DNA of 64,000 nt from Tubulanus polymorphus (taxonomy: Eukaryota; Animalia; Nemertea): NCBI RefSeq assembly GCF_964204645.1, contig NC_134029.1, positions 20,020,950-20,084,949 of the forward strand, in the 5' to 3' direction. A program made the translations under genes and the position numbers. Below are positions 14,101 through 27,900 of this stretch, one piece after another. A model generated the notes under the pieces. That model ran no database searches. It worked only from the letters and a program-made list of their open reading frames with translations, and was not told where the DNA came from. Within the stretch, counting starts at the first letter, position 1. The number at the start of each line of letters is the position of its first letter.

Positions 14101-17100
14101 TGAACACTGATTACATAGTGACTTGAGAAGTTAGCTATCTCGAAAAGGGGGTCCGCTACCCCCGCACCCCCTTAGGGACGCCTATGGGGCTAGGCTTCTT
14201 CTAAGCCTTTGCCATAGATGGAACGACCACCGACCGAGACACCTTCACCAGCAATGTTAAGCCTATAGCATTCAACGGACCGGCCAACTGATCAGAAAAG
14301 TTGCTAGTGAGGCTAGTACCCTGCTCACATCAAAAATCTGATGAAAACTGGTCGGTTGTGGCAACTTTTTACAACTCTAGACAAAATAGTGCCATGTTTG
14401 GCCATCAGTCCGATTGCCAATGATGCAAGCGACATCCACAGCACGTCCATCAGGCGCAATTGGAATGTGTTATCTAAGTATATTTGTATTTTAGCTTTGT
14501 CACTAGACTGTCAGTTGCGTGTTGTGTTTTTGCGGCACGCAGATATCACAGGATCGATCGGTGGCTAAGAAGTAGAACATAAGCAACTGGTCTGAACTGG
14601 TTATGGGTCGTTTCTCATCAGTGACAAGGTCGCGCGCATTGTCGGATTCTAGCAACTAATTGTACGCAGGAAGTTCGTCTCACGCGCTGAAAACTGCCGC
14701 GCAATTAGTCGTCAATTTTGTGGATACATGTGAACAATGTAAACGAAAAACCAATCAGCGAATACTGATAATATCTAAACAACTGCTGGTGTATTATACG
14801 TTATGTTCCGGGTGGAATACTTATTCCACCGATCTTTTGAAAAAGGTTTACATCGGAACTTGTTACAACGATTCATCAGATATAACAAATATAGAATATC
14901 GTACCGAGTAAGAAAACCAGATCAATTTCTTACTGGATACCACAAACTATCGGTTAAAACGAACAATATCCTGGTCACGCTGTAACGAGGTTACACTGTA
15001 TCTGGAAAGAGTCTCAACCATTTACACAAAAAAAACCTATGGTTCAAACCCGAAAAACTAAAGCGGGTACGCAACTTCAATATTCGATATTTTTCCATCC
15101 AAATGAAATTCAGCGTTCTGCCAACAAATTCAGCGGAAAACAATCTGATATTATCTTCTAGTTCTCTCCCCCTCGGGTTTTTCGTTTCCTTTCGGCGACA
15201 TTTTTTTTTTCGAAAGCGATGACATTTCCGCGATTAGTTCGTCCCAAACGTCACGGGGAATTCGAAGCGATCGATGAACACTCTATTTACAACGGATTAA
15301 TTCCGTCGACGACGCCACTCAGGCGGATTTATAGCCGCCGATAATTGTCACGCGTTAATCGCCGAAAAAAAAACACAAGATACAGTCACGGTTTTTCTTG
15401 TGAATAAACCATTGAAATACCGTCGTCTGCGCCTCATTAAGGACGCGATGAATTAAGAGAAGTGCTCGAGACGCCCTGCGGCGACCATTATGAACGGCCA
15501 CATTTCGCGAGGTATGTCGTGAAAAGCGATCGTCGATTTCCGGTGAAACGGCGTCAGCGGATCGGGCGTGAACCAAGGAGACTGTTTTAAAGCAATTTCA
15601 ATCGCCCTTTAATCGCGATGAAGTAAATTTGTAGATAATTTAGCAGAAGCTTTGGCGTAAATTGTCGCGATCGCACGGCCGCCTTTGGCCCGTGCCTAAT
15701 AAGGCCCTGAGTTACCGGTCACGCGGGTGCCAAATGGGCCCGTGCCCATCGGACTAGGCCCGTGTCAAGTTGTAGCACGGGTCTAATTATTACTTGTGAA
15801 TGCTAACTGGTTCCGGAAGTGGCTTCAGTCGAGCTTTGTCGGGCCAAATTTGACTCTGGGTCTGATTCTGGCGAAATTGTCTCCGTGTGATCGTGGTTAG
15901 TGGTTAACACCTCCTGATCCAAAAACAGCATAAGGCGTTACTTTATCAAGATTCTAACGATATCGCGTAGATCGTGTATCCCGATCTAAAAAAGCCGAAA
16001 GTACATCATCAGACTTCAGAAGCCGCGCGATTCTTATTCCTCTGACATCGATGCATAACATTATATGAAAAAAATCCTTCGCGCTCAGTTCCGTGGTTGT
16101 TTTCAGATAAAACAGAAGATTTTGTGCGGTTTGATTGTACCTCGATTTGACCTTGCGCTGATGATAACGCCGCCGCGAGACTCGTGGTTACGGAAATCAT
16201 TTTGATGGATATCCGTGGTCAGGTGATGTTTTGATGGATAATATCCGCTGAATGCTGTTATCACTTCTTGAGATACTGATAGCTGTGGCTGCGCTATTCA
16301 GAACCGTATTCAGAACATCATTTATGAAAAAAAGCAGCTGTATGGGCATTTCCTTTAGAAATATATTCAGGGCGAAATGAAGGGTATCTGCATATATGGC
16401 TGATATTGAACGCTGATAGATTTAGCACTTTACGGGCATATGGAGCACAGATAGGGCTCTTCTGAAAGATCGGAAAATCCTAAGGAACTTGTTTTTTTAT
16501 GAGAATTTTTTTAGATTTCTTAAGAGGTTGTAAAAATGGAAGTTCGATATGAGCAGTTTCAAATTCACGTTTTATTCTTTCCTCACAGTCAGTAGGCCCT
16601 GAGGACTATTGATATTGCCTTATTGACACCCAGACTGGAGGGTTGGTGCCACCTTGTTCCTGCCCCTTATTAATCTACAGTTTTGGACACGATTTCTCAT
16701 AACTTAGTGTGTGGATTATGGATGGTAGGATATTGGTCTTTTGGATAGTCTTTTGTTTTTGACTCATGTTGGCCACCACACCAGTATTTGTATGTGAAAT
16801 TCTGGCATTTTGGAGCTCGGTTTCATTCTACAATCTACATTTTTAACTGATATTTTTGTGAATCTTCGCATATTTCCCTCAGGGATGGAAGGGGGTGAAT
16901 AATATAGTTTTTGACTTACGTGCGCCATCCAAGATGGCCGCCCTAGGCATATTTGTGCGTTCAATAGGCATAGACCTAGCTCCCACTCTACAGTTTACTA
17001 TTCAGGCGCGTTGGAAGCAATTTTTGATTGCCGCGGCCAATTACCGATTTTTCCATAGGTTCTAATATTGCAGTGGCGAATTTACTTCAATTTCATCAAA

Positions 17101-18356
17101 AATATAGTATAGAAAGAAAAATAAAGGTCATTCAGTAAATTATTGCCGCTGCAGTCGCTACGCTTCCAACGCCACTGCTATTTTGGACGAACTTGCAGCA
17201 ATGTCTCTATCGCCACCTGGTGAACTCATTGATAACAACAGTCGATTGCCGACCCTTCATTTGAAGAGAGTTTATCGGCGTGGTTAATCATGTATACCCG
17301 TGGCTCCACCTGCGAACGGATTAAGGCAGGACGCGATGTAATCTAATCTATATGACTGTCAATGAGAATTACGCCTCGATTATTGACAGTAGAATTACAT
17401 GGGGCAGACGAACGCTATGATTATTAGATGACTATTATTCAGATGCAGCGGGGATCAATGCGTCTTACGTCGTACGGTATCTCTTTAATGGCTCGTCTCT
17501 TAAGATGTAAATCTAAGGCCTCGCGAGCAAATCGTTTCGCTTCACAGAATACGGCTTCGTTATAATAGCTATAAATAACAGAGCGTTTCTCTCTGAAGAA
17601 AACCTTCATGCCACTAATTAAGACCCGTTGAAACTCTCTTCTTCGTTTACTGGTTACTGCGCGAGTACGAGTATTTTTTTCGGTCAGATTTAATCCTGGG
17701 CAAACTTAAAGCGAATTCGACGAATTCGACGTAACGTAAACTTTGAAACTGGGGCTCTGATATAAAATTGGATGCTTGGGCTAAAAAAGGAATTGATACC
17801 TTGTTTCTCATTACTCCTGAGCTTAAAAGTTGACCCGGCCGGTAACCTATGTATCCTGTACATTCATTTTTTTAAAAATCATGATCGATTTTATCATAAC
17901 AGACCCAGCATCTACAGAAATGAGCTGAGTACAAATTTTATGGAGATTTAAAAAATGACCTGGTCGATTAAGAGAAACAAGGTATCAATCTTTAAGCCTT
18001 AATTTTGATTTTTCTAGAATTTGGTCCTTTCAGTGTAGGACCATAAGAGAAATCCGTAGCTGTCATCCTAACTACTGCAGCCATGTATGCTACGTGGTAT
18101 ATTTCGAAAAAAGAAATCGCTTCTATCCTTTCTAATAAAGTCTTGTTGTGCCATGAGCGACGTGCCTTAAGTGTTAATTACGTATAGCACTTTTTTTGCG
18201 CGAGTTACCCTTCGAGAGCTGCTACATTTACCCGAAGGCAATGCGCTGCCCAGTATCCGTACTTGACGCCCTTAATGCAATTATTGCGGGTTACTTTGCC
18301 AAGATTGAAAAGCTTACGCGAAATGTTGATCGTGTATATAGGCATATATATATATA

Positions 18357-18412
<56 letters not shown>

Positions 18413-21400
18413 TATATATAATGTATATGGACTGCTAAGCTTTCGTTAAGCGATATTGGCTTGTCCGAAATCGGCCTCGTCACGTTTCAGAGTGAATGAT
18501 TGAATTGCGAATCGTAGATGACGGTAAATTCGCGGACGTATAATTTATTAATCGATGACCCGTCGTCGTCGTTGATGATCCACGGCAGACTGTACTCGTA
18601 TTGCTCGTCGCCGTTAATCTTAAGCGGGAAATCAATTAAGCGCGTCCGACCCGGTGAGTTCTGCAATCTCGGTCTCATTAACTATTCATTATTCTATCCG
18701 TGCTTTGCCGGATTCCAGCAAACGCGCACGCGAAATACTGTAGCCGGGTTTATCTCGATCTAATTGTCGTCTGCAATCAGCTCGTAATCCTTTTTACTTT
18801 TAATTCGTCTCGTTTTATCTTGATCTAGCGCTTTTGGCAATTGCCTATAGCTCTTTCGTCGACTAGTTTTTTTAATCTTAAAATAGGGATTGATCCTGTT
18901 ATTTATTTGGTTGGTAATTTTCGTTTGACTTTTTTGATTGAGTGTCCCCTTACAGACCCACAACACCTGTTGGGAGCGAAACATGGGGTTTGATTTTGAA
19001 ATCGGAAATCAAAGTACAGATATAGTTGTGTGATCGGCAGTCGAATTTACAGAATTTTTTTAGTTTAAATCGAAGTACATAATTTGGAAATTCGGTTCCG
19101 GTTCATTCAAACAATCTTCCAACCAGTTTGAACCGGCAAGCGACTGATTGGGATCAAATTTTTCTTGGCTGCCTAATTTAATACATCGAAATTTTGGAAG
19201 TAACTATATTACAAGGTTGATGATCATTTTGTCCATTTTTACATTATTTTGGTCGTTTTCTACGTGTAGATAGTTTATTGTAGTTTTTTCTCGGGTAGAT
19301 GTTGATGTTTAGCCCACTCCACCGAAAGCCATTTGGGTTTATGCTGCAGCCCTTGGTCTTAGTGGCTATCAACTGATATAATCTTCCATGTAGAGCTTTC
19401 ATTTCTCTAATGACAATGTGAAATGGAATGGTGTATCGTATGACCAAATTAGATGGCAAACAAGATGGCCAACGGTGACTTTACTTAGCAGCTTACCAAG
19501 CGGGCTTAGATGCATTCGCGTTGGAATTGAAGGCATTAAAGTCTTTTTTTTTGTAGACTAGCTATCTCCCTGGTAAGCTTTCGACGCTTACTTTGATGGT
19601 CAAACAATGACTTGAACTTGAAGACCGACAAAAAGACTTAGAAGTTTACACTGGCTTTTCTTTTTATTACCATCATTTACTTCATGGACTTCAATGATTG
19701 AGTCATGTGGTAGGTTGAGGGGCTGGCGTCTTGAATGATAAGAAAAGCGCCAATTTTGCCTTATGCAAAAGTGCTTTAAAACTGCTTATTTATGATATCA
19801 TAAAAGTGATTTTCTGTTTCAGCCTTACTGCTATCAAGGCATTGAATTCAATTTTTCTGCCTTTCTGTCTTTCAGCTACTTAGCTTCGTTAATATCTAAA
19901 AACAGGTCAATCTTGATGAAACTTGAGAACAATGTTAGTATGGGGGTCTAGTCGTGTAGTGCTAAGAATGGGCCCAGTGCGCCACCTAGTGTTGGAACTA
20001 GGCGCTAAAACCCCTGTTTTTTAGCGACATAACCTCGAAGATGACTTCATAACTGAGGAACAGGGTCGAAATTCAAAATGAGATATGCAACATATCCAAA
20101 ATGCAACGGGAACTAACGTATGGTAATCTCGGAGTTTGAGTATGAGCCCGAGAACCGCTGTCGCCTGTTTCATCGATTGCTTTTCTCACAAAGAACTTCA
20201 AATTAACTTCTGATTAACCCTTTCAGTGCGTCTACACCGCAGTGAAGTGTATAAATCAGTGATGGATTTTGCTAGTACACCGCACTGCGGCGTATTGATG
20301 TAATTAGTAATTAGTAATTATCTCTATTGAAAAATGGCAGCAAGTGTCAAACATAGTGAAATACTAGTAACTAACGATACACCGCACTGCGGTGTAGACG
20401 CACTATAGTGGTATTCCCATTGTTCAACACACTAGGGTGGAATTTTTTTAGAATTTTCAAATTTTCTCCAGCACTATAGGGTATTAATTAGTCAGCACTG
20501 AAAGGGTTAAGGCCTTCATCGACTAAATCTTCCCCACTCTAACTAGCTGCAGATCTCTACTGTCATCAGTTCTATTACCGGTAGTAGCGTGACTACGTTT
20601 CTCGAAAACACGCTTTCGTTTTTTTTTTTTTCATATCACCATATTCAGATACGGTTCAGATCTTGGGGATGAAAACCGTGTTGTCTGATGCGTTATATTT
20701 TATCCAATAGAACCTGACGGGAATGATATTTCGCCGAGAAGCGTAGCGACGTTCCTCGATAAAATCTGGACGCGACACGAGTAATATCTTCTGCTCTCGG
20801 ACAGATCGTCGTCGTCGCAGTTTCTGATCGACCCGTCGCGAACGTTTTTAATAACGACAACCATCGATGACACGACTTCAAACGCCGTTCGGCGACGGTT
20901 TTTCGCTCGTCGGTACATAACGCGTTCGGCTCTTCAAAGATGCTCTCGTCGTTAAGCGTATCGGTTTATACGGTCGTTTCGCGCTCTCTAGCGATATTCG
21001 ACCTCGTATGCGCGCGCCACGCCGTATCCGTATACGGTTGTTGGCGACAACGCCCATTAATTGAAGGATAAACGCATCCGCGATATTTCCGCGCTGCTTT
21101 ATTTTTCGCGCTGCGAGCTCTTATTAATGGATCGCGTTGTTTCGCAATCAAGTTTTTCCACCTATTTTCACGTATTCGTTTTTTTTGTGGGGATCGGTTT
21201 GCAAGCGCCTGGCTCTACTAATTGCTCCCTTAGGGAACTAGGGATATTCTGCTTGATGCGGTTAAAGCAATGATAGACACACCTAACGTATGAATGATCA
21301 AACTGCAGTTGATTTATTCTGGTACTCAGGAAATATACCTTACATAATACAGTGGAAACTTGTGGGACCAGAAGATTATAACCAATATGAAATTAATGAA

Positions 21401-22203
21401 ATTTTCTCACTTTGGACGAAATAACATTATTAGTTATATCTGATGAATCGTCATATCCACTATAGTCTTATCATTTATATTGTGGACATTTCTATTGTTC
21501 CTTTAATCGTGTCATACCTTGATAGTGAGATGCATGTACCAGTAGATGATGGACTGACTAGTTGTATGGATGTCCATGCTTGTTGTCAATAAAATATTTG
21601 ACCATGTCTATAAGCTGATATACGAGTCTAGGGGAAGCTAAAAAGGGGAGGCACTGTATACAGCACAGTTTTGAAACGATAACAAAAAACTTCTTTTTTT
21701 TGCAATATTCAAATTTTCATTTGGATGAACGTCCCTGAACAAGACATACTGTTGTCCATGTTCGATGTTAGATGTTATTCCGGTAGAACAAAATTTCATT
21801 ATACTACTTGACTATTAGGGAATATTTACAGTGATGACGTGACTATTTACATTCTAGCATTGTTTTTGAGCACACCCAGTTCGTGACAGTTGTTCATGAT
21901 TTTCCTATTGATTTATTTTGCTTTCAATTACCACCTGCCATTGTCGGTTATTCAATTCATGGATTTTATATCTATATATGAAGACCTAGAAAGGGGGGGC
22001 GACTGTTTTATGTGGTTGTTTACATCGAAATGAGTATGAAGATGCAACAGAAACAAAAAAACCGCAAAAAGGTTTTTCGACTGATTATTCAGCTTATTGA
22101 CCGATAAAAATGACGTATATGCCATGCCAGTGTATATAGCTCACTAATTGCTTATCACTGCCTGTGTCAGTCTACTTTATAACGGCCACGGGTGTTTTAC
22201 TAC

Positions 22204-22281
<78 letters not shown>

Positions 22282-24878
22282 ATTATTATTTTCTGTAAAT
22301 TCATCTTGTATTCATTATTTTTCTTATTCATATATTTTCCAGAACATTGTAAGAAACCGCTCGACGACTACGTGGCGAACAACTTCGACAACGTGAAAGT
22401 CGTGCGCGCGCAGAAACGAGAAGGTCTAATCCGGACGCGTCTGCTCGGCGCGAAGGCCGCCACGGGGCAGGTCCTCATCTTCCTCGACTCGCACTGCGAA
22501 TGCAACGTCAACTGGTTGCCGCCGTTACTCGGTAAGAACGCTAGAAATTATTCTATCCTCTCCAGGGCGCGGGAATGCGGATATATCTTTTGCGACGTCG
22601 TCGAAGTCTGGCGATGAATTTCGAGCGTTTCAGCGCCGTCGTAAAATACCCATTATTTATGGATCAGAAACCAAAGCGAGGAGTTAACAACCGTCGAACG
22701 TTCGACGACGTTTTTTTGGCGAAAATGAACGTGATATGCAAATAACTCGCGTCTCCAGCGACCGCTGATATTCCCTCACTCGCCCTAAGCGTGCAGACAG
22801 TGCTTTCACTACCTTTCGTTATCACTGGTACCAGTAATCTCCACTTTATTCCCTAGAAAGATTTTTTTTCGAAGTTTGACAGTAATCTTCTTTGTGTAAC
22901 AAATGGCGAACTATGGTATCGAGTGATTTTGGAAAAGAAGAAGATATCAGGGGCCGGTTGCATATTCATGGTTTATACGTAAGACCAGTCTAAGTTGTAT
23001 AGCCAATCGAACAACTTGATACCAGTCTTAAGATTTAAGACCATTTTTGGACTAAATCACGACTGCCGATTGGGCCCAGGGGCGGGTTACATAGTCACGG
23101 CTTTAACTCGAGACCAGTCTCAGACCAACTTAGTTCTATAGCCGACTTTAAATCCTAAGACCTGTCTTAAGATTTAAGAGAACTTTTGGACTTGAGCCAA
23201 CCGGCCCCAGGGGGCTGGTTCCATAGTCAGGCTTAAGACCAAAAGTGGTCTTTAAACCTTAAGACTGGTCTTAAGTTGTTAGATTGGCTATAGAACTAAT
23301 TTTGTCTTAGACCGGTCTTAAGTCTAAGCTCTGTCAATGAAACCGGTCCCCTGTAGTTCTTCCCTGTGGTTCCTACCAGTTGTTAGCAGTTTTAAAAGCA
23401 AGTGCTGTCGATCCGGGCTTCATTTGTATAGAATCCGGCCTGTACCCGTTCTGCACTTTCGCCGTCTTAGCGCCTTTTCTTTGCGACGCAAATATCTCGC
23501 GTCGAGAGCCATGTGATCCCTGGTCGGAGAAGTTTCCGGCGCGTTAAGCCAGTTTGAAAAGGACGAAAATCCCGTCGCATACGCGGAGGATTAAGTAAAA
23601 CACACACGAGCGAAGGACGTGTTTTGTTCGAAGGATGATGGAAAAATTAGTTCAGAAGCGGCGCGCGACTAGCTCTGGGTGTGTATTCATAGGTGGTTCG
23701 TTGTTCTTTTGTTCGTAGATTAGGTCGACTTTCTCCCAAGGGGGAAAAAACGCAGAGTAACTAAGCGACACGCGAACCAGCGTGAAATAAGCTTTGAAAA
23801 AACGACATCAGCCTGAACGTTTTAGCATCAACGCGGTTTCCTGGAATTTGGCTTGTTGTTGCCAATTGGTCTGAGTGTTATTCGTCGATGAACACCGCCA
23901 TGCAAAAATTAGGCACGGACCCGGCCTGATGGTTTTGGTCGGGTTGAGTTCAAAGAATGGAAATAAGGAGCGCTATCACCAATCAGGGTAGCCACTGACC
24001 TGGAAATCTCGGGGAATCGGGAAAAATTCAGGGAATTTGACAACTATTTAAAAAAAACCTTGAAAACTCGGGGAATGTAGATAATGTAATTGACCATGCA
24101 TCTCAATCAAAACATGATTCATAGAGAAAGAATAAGTAGTAACATTTGAAACCAAGAAATTCTTTGAGTTTACTCGGGGAATTTTTTGTTTTAGTGGAAA
24201 ACAAGGAATTCGTAATTTGGGAGAAAGTGGCCACCCTGTCAAAAGTGAGTTCGCCTATAAGGTCATCAGACATTTTTACTGGAGCTGCTTCCAGCATGTA
24301 TCGCCGACCGTGAAGTGCTGACTGATCTAAGTAATGTCCGCGTCTCACGACGTCATCCGAAGCCTTCTGTAAGTGGAGTAATTTCTCGCTCGCTAATGCG
24401 CCGACGACGCCGATATGTTTGTATAATGTAGCTCGTAAAGTAAGAAAATCATATCGAATTGCTGGAAAGCCGATGCTGCCCGAGATGCTCAATATCCGGC
24501 TGTTCAAATAGGTTTTATCTCGACGTTCCGCCTTATGAAAAAATGTCCAGCCGAAATCGTATTCGGCTGATCGTCGCCTGCTAGGAGGACGGACGTTGAG
24601 TCATTTGTCGTCGTATATAGTATCTGGCGCGCTAGTGTCGTGTTGCCTTCGCGTGCGTGTGCGCCGTTGTCGTGTCGTCATCAAATAATCACATTTATCC
24701 GAGCTCTTAAAACATGCTCGAGCGGTATCCACGTCGTCTCCATGGCACCGCCGGCGAAAACAAAAACAAAAACCTACGCAACGGTCGCGCGATATGAAAA
24801 AAATTCTCGACATATTCAACCTCGCGTTAATAATAATTATGAGCGGTATCGCCTACGGGGGGGGGTCCTGTCTATATA

Positions 24879-24944
<66 letters not shown>

Positions 24945-27900
24945 TAATTACTGATTGTTGCTTAGTGATTAGTGATTACTATTGGCAAGCGCGGCCGGTA
25001 AGCAGAGGAAAGCGCGTGTTAAACACGGATTGGTGCCTCGACTAATGCGTGAGACGCCGCTGAACCTCCTCGACAAATAGATTGTCTGACTCGTTCCTTA
25101 CCACCTGGGTCCGGCGTTCATCCATTTGCCGTAACACGCGTAAACGTGAAATTTGTTTAGATTTTTATGGGCTATAAGCGTCGTGGCATATTTTCAGCCG
25201 GCTCGTAGCCCCGGCCGCCTTAATTGTGTTCGCCTTAGGTTCGTCGTCCTTTCGTGCATAACCGTAATCGATTACGCAGTTTTTAGCCCGTGACATTTTC
25301 TACGATCGTACAAAAACCCACGATATCAACCTAGACGACTGTTATTGTTCTGTTCGTTATGTTTCAGGTGGAATACGCCTACTCATCTTCAGAGTTGAAT
25401 ATGCGAAGATTATGTTCACGTTTTTAACCGTGGGTTTTCGCTCGATGGTGTTAAAAATGTTCCGCGATTGCGACGAGTTTCGAGATCATTAGTTTGTTTT
25501 TGCGTCCGCCAGGGGGCGTTGAATATCGGAGTGAAGTAGATTATCCATGTATGTTCGTGACATAGCTCGTGTTCTATGATGGGGCCGAGTTTCGATAGCA
25601 AAGGCTGAAAACTGTTATGTCCGATTTTCAAGTGGCTATGGCGTCGTTTGACACCTGGTTCGACAAGGTTACACATCTGTCAGCATGCTGAACCCGCGGC
25701 TACCAGTAATATAACCCAGGGTCGTGACTTAAGTCCTAAAGTAGTCTTAAATCTTAAGACTGGTCTTAAGTTGTCAGATTGGCTGTAGAACTAAGTTGGT
25801 CTTAGACTGGTCTTAAGTCTAAGCCATGACTGTGCAACTGGCCATTTGTTTTTTCTTCGTGATCACCGGGGCGTAGAATCGCGGACTATTCCTAGCGAGA
25901 AGTACTGATATGATTCATTTGATGCGTACAGTACCAAGTAATATGAAAGATGTTACTGAAGGTTTTACTGTTGATTACTGATGATTACTGTTGATAACTG
26001 ATTAATTTGAACAGAGATATGAAAGATGTTACTGAGGTCTTACTGTCGATAACTGATTGATTTAAACAGAAATATGAAAGATGTTGCTGAAGGTTTTACT
26101 GTTGATTACTGATTGATTTAAACAGAAATATGAAAGTTTTTACTGAGGGTCTTACTGTTGATTACTGATTAATTTGAACAGAGATACGAAAGATGTTACT
26201 GAGGTCTTACTGTTGATTACTGATTGATTTAAACAGAAATATGAAAGATGTTGCTGAAGGTTTTACTGTGGATTACTGATGAATTTGAACATTTTCTTTC
26301 ATATTTCAATGAAATGTTACTGAAAGAAAATTCAATTCGTTACCGATAACACTTTTTAAGAGGTTCGTATTTACGGTAGCTATGATATCTAAATTGAACA
26401 TGTCGATTCGTCGATGCGCGTAAATTATCATTTCTCGTCGTCGCTCGGTCGACTGTGTAATGATGAAAAAACGGCTAATATTCGTTGTTGTACGTTTCGT
26501 CTGTTTTTCTCCGGGGAGTAGGGACGGCGACGACGACGCCTGCTCAGTCCGCTCATAGATAGTCGATATTGAAATATTACACAATCGAATTCTATCGGGG
26601 AATGCGTTTATTAGCGTTTGTTATTTACTTCGGTGCGTAATTCAACGCGGATTCCCCCCGAAAATAATATTCTTAAAAGCTTTTGATCGAAGCTCGCAGC
26701 GTCGTCGTCTTGAGGATTTATGTTCCGTTTGCCTCCGTGTTGGATCGCGTTGTATTGAATTACAAATTGAAATGGAACTCCGATCCATTTTTCTCTCGAT
26801 ATTTTACGGAAACGGGGCTCGCGCGACGAGGCCCCGTTTCGCGGCGAAAGATCTTGATCGATTTTGATTTGGTAGACGTAATTGAAAATTCGAGCGCGGC
26901 GGTGTAGCCTACCTAATAACAACTTCAGAATGGGATGATATCGAGCTCTTAAATCAGTTAGTTTCTTTTTCTCGAAATATGGATCGTTGCACCTCTTTAA
27001 TCCATTGATAAAGTTCGATTTCGGATTTGGAGTCCCTTTCAAACCCGCACCACACCTGCTGGGAGCGAAACGGGGTTTGATTTTGAAATTGGAAATCGAA
27101 GTACAGATGTAGTAATGTGTGAAATACAGATATAGTGATCGGCAGTCAAGTTTACAGAATTTTTTGTTTTAATCGAAGTAAGTAAACAATCATTCAACCA
27201 GTCTGAAGTGACTGGTTGGGGGCAATTTTTTGGCTTGCCTAATTTCATACATTGAGATTGGCAAATCAATTTGCCCGTAACCGAGCAGCAATCATATCGT
27301 AAATTATCTGGATCCAGTTCCGAAGTTGTGAATTTAAGTTAACTCGTGAGTTGAAATTAGTTAATTTTTAATGTTTTAGAGTCAAATCTTAACTCATGAC
27401 TGTGGAACTAAAACCGTGAGAATTGTGCCAGTCGAAGCCAGACGGTCCAGCGCTGTTCTTTCCATGGTCGTAGCAATCAGCGCACTTCTCACAGCGCCCT
27501 GGGCCCAGTTCCACAGTGTGAGTAAGAGTTAAAGTTAGTTCATTTTCAATGATTAACTCGAGAGTTAAATTGTAACTCGGAACTGTGGGTCTGGACCCTG
27601 GTTTCTAAACACAGAAATCTGTTACGACCGCAAGAGTTTCATACGACACATAAAGCTGAATTAATGAAGAAATGGAATTGCCTCGAAATTCTTTACAGGG
27701 CCACGATGGCTCGTATAGATCGCTTGTACGTCTTATCGATGCTTGTAAAAAACCTAACTTACTGAACAAATATATATTTTTTATTTGTGCATACTTCACA
27801 GTATTGATACACGCTATGTATGTATAGAGTCTACTCTCGAAATGTGTGGTTCAGATGATCAGATCAAACTGTCGAATCCGATAGCTCGCTCTCCGCTCTT

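Noticed and set aside
25368-25495. Strong acceptor (gtttcag|GTGGAA) suggesting a further alternative GalNAc-T exon
   Set aside because: The in-phase translation has no GalNAc-T similarity and reaches a stop without a good donor.
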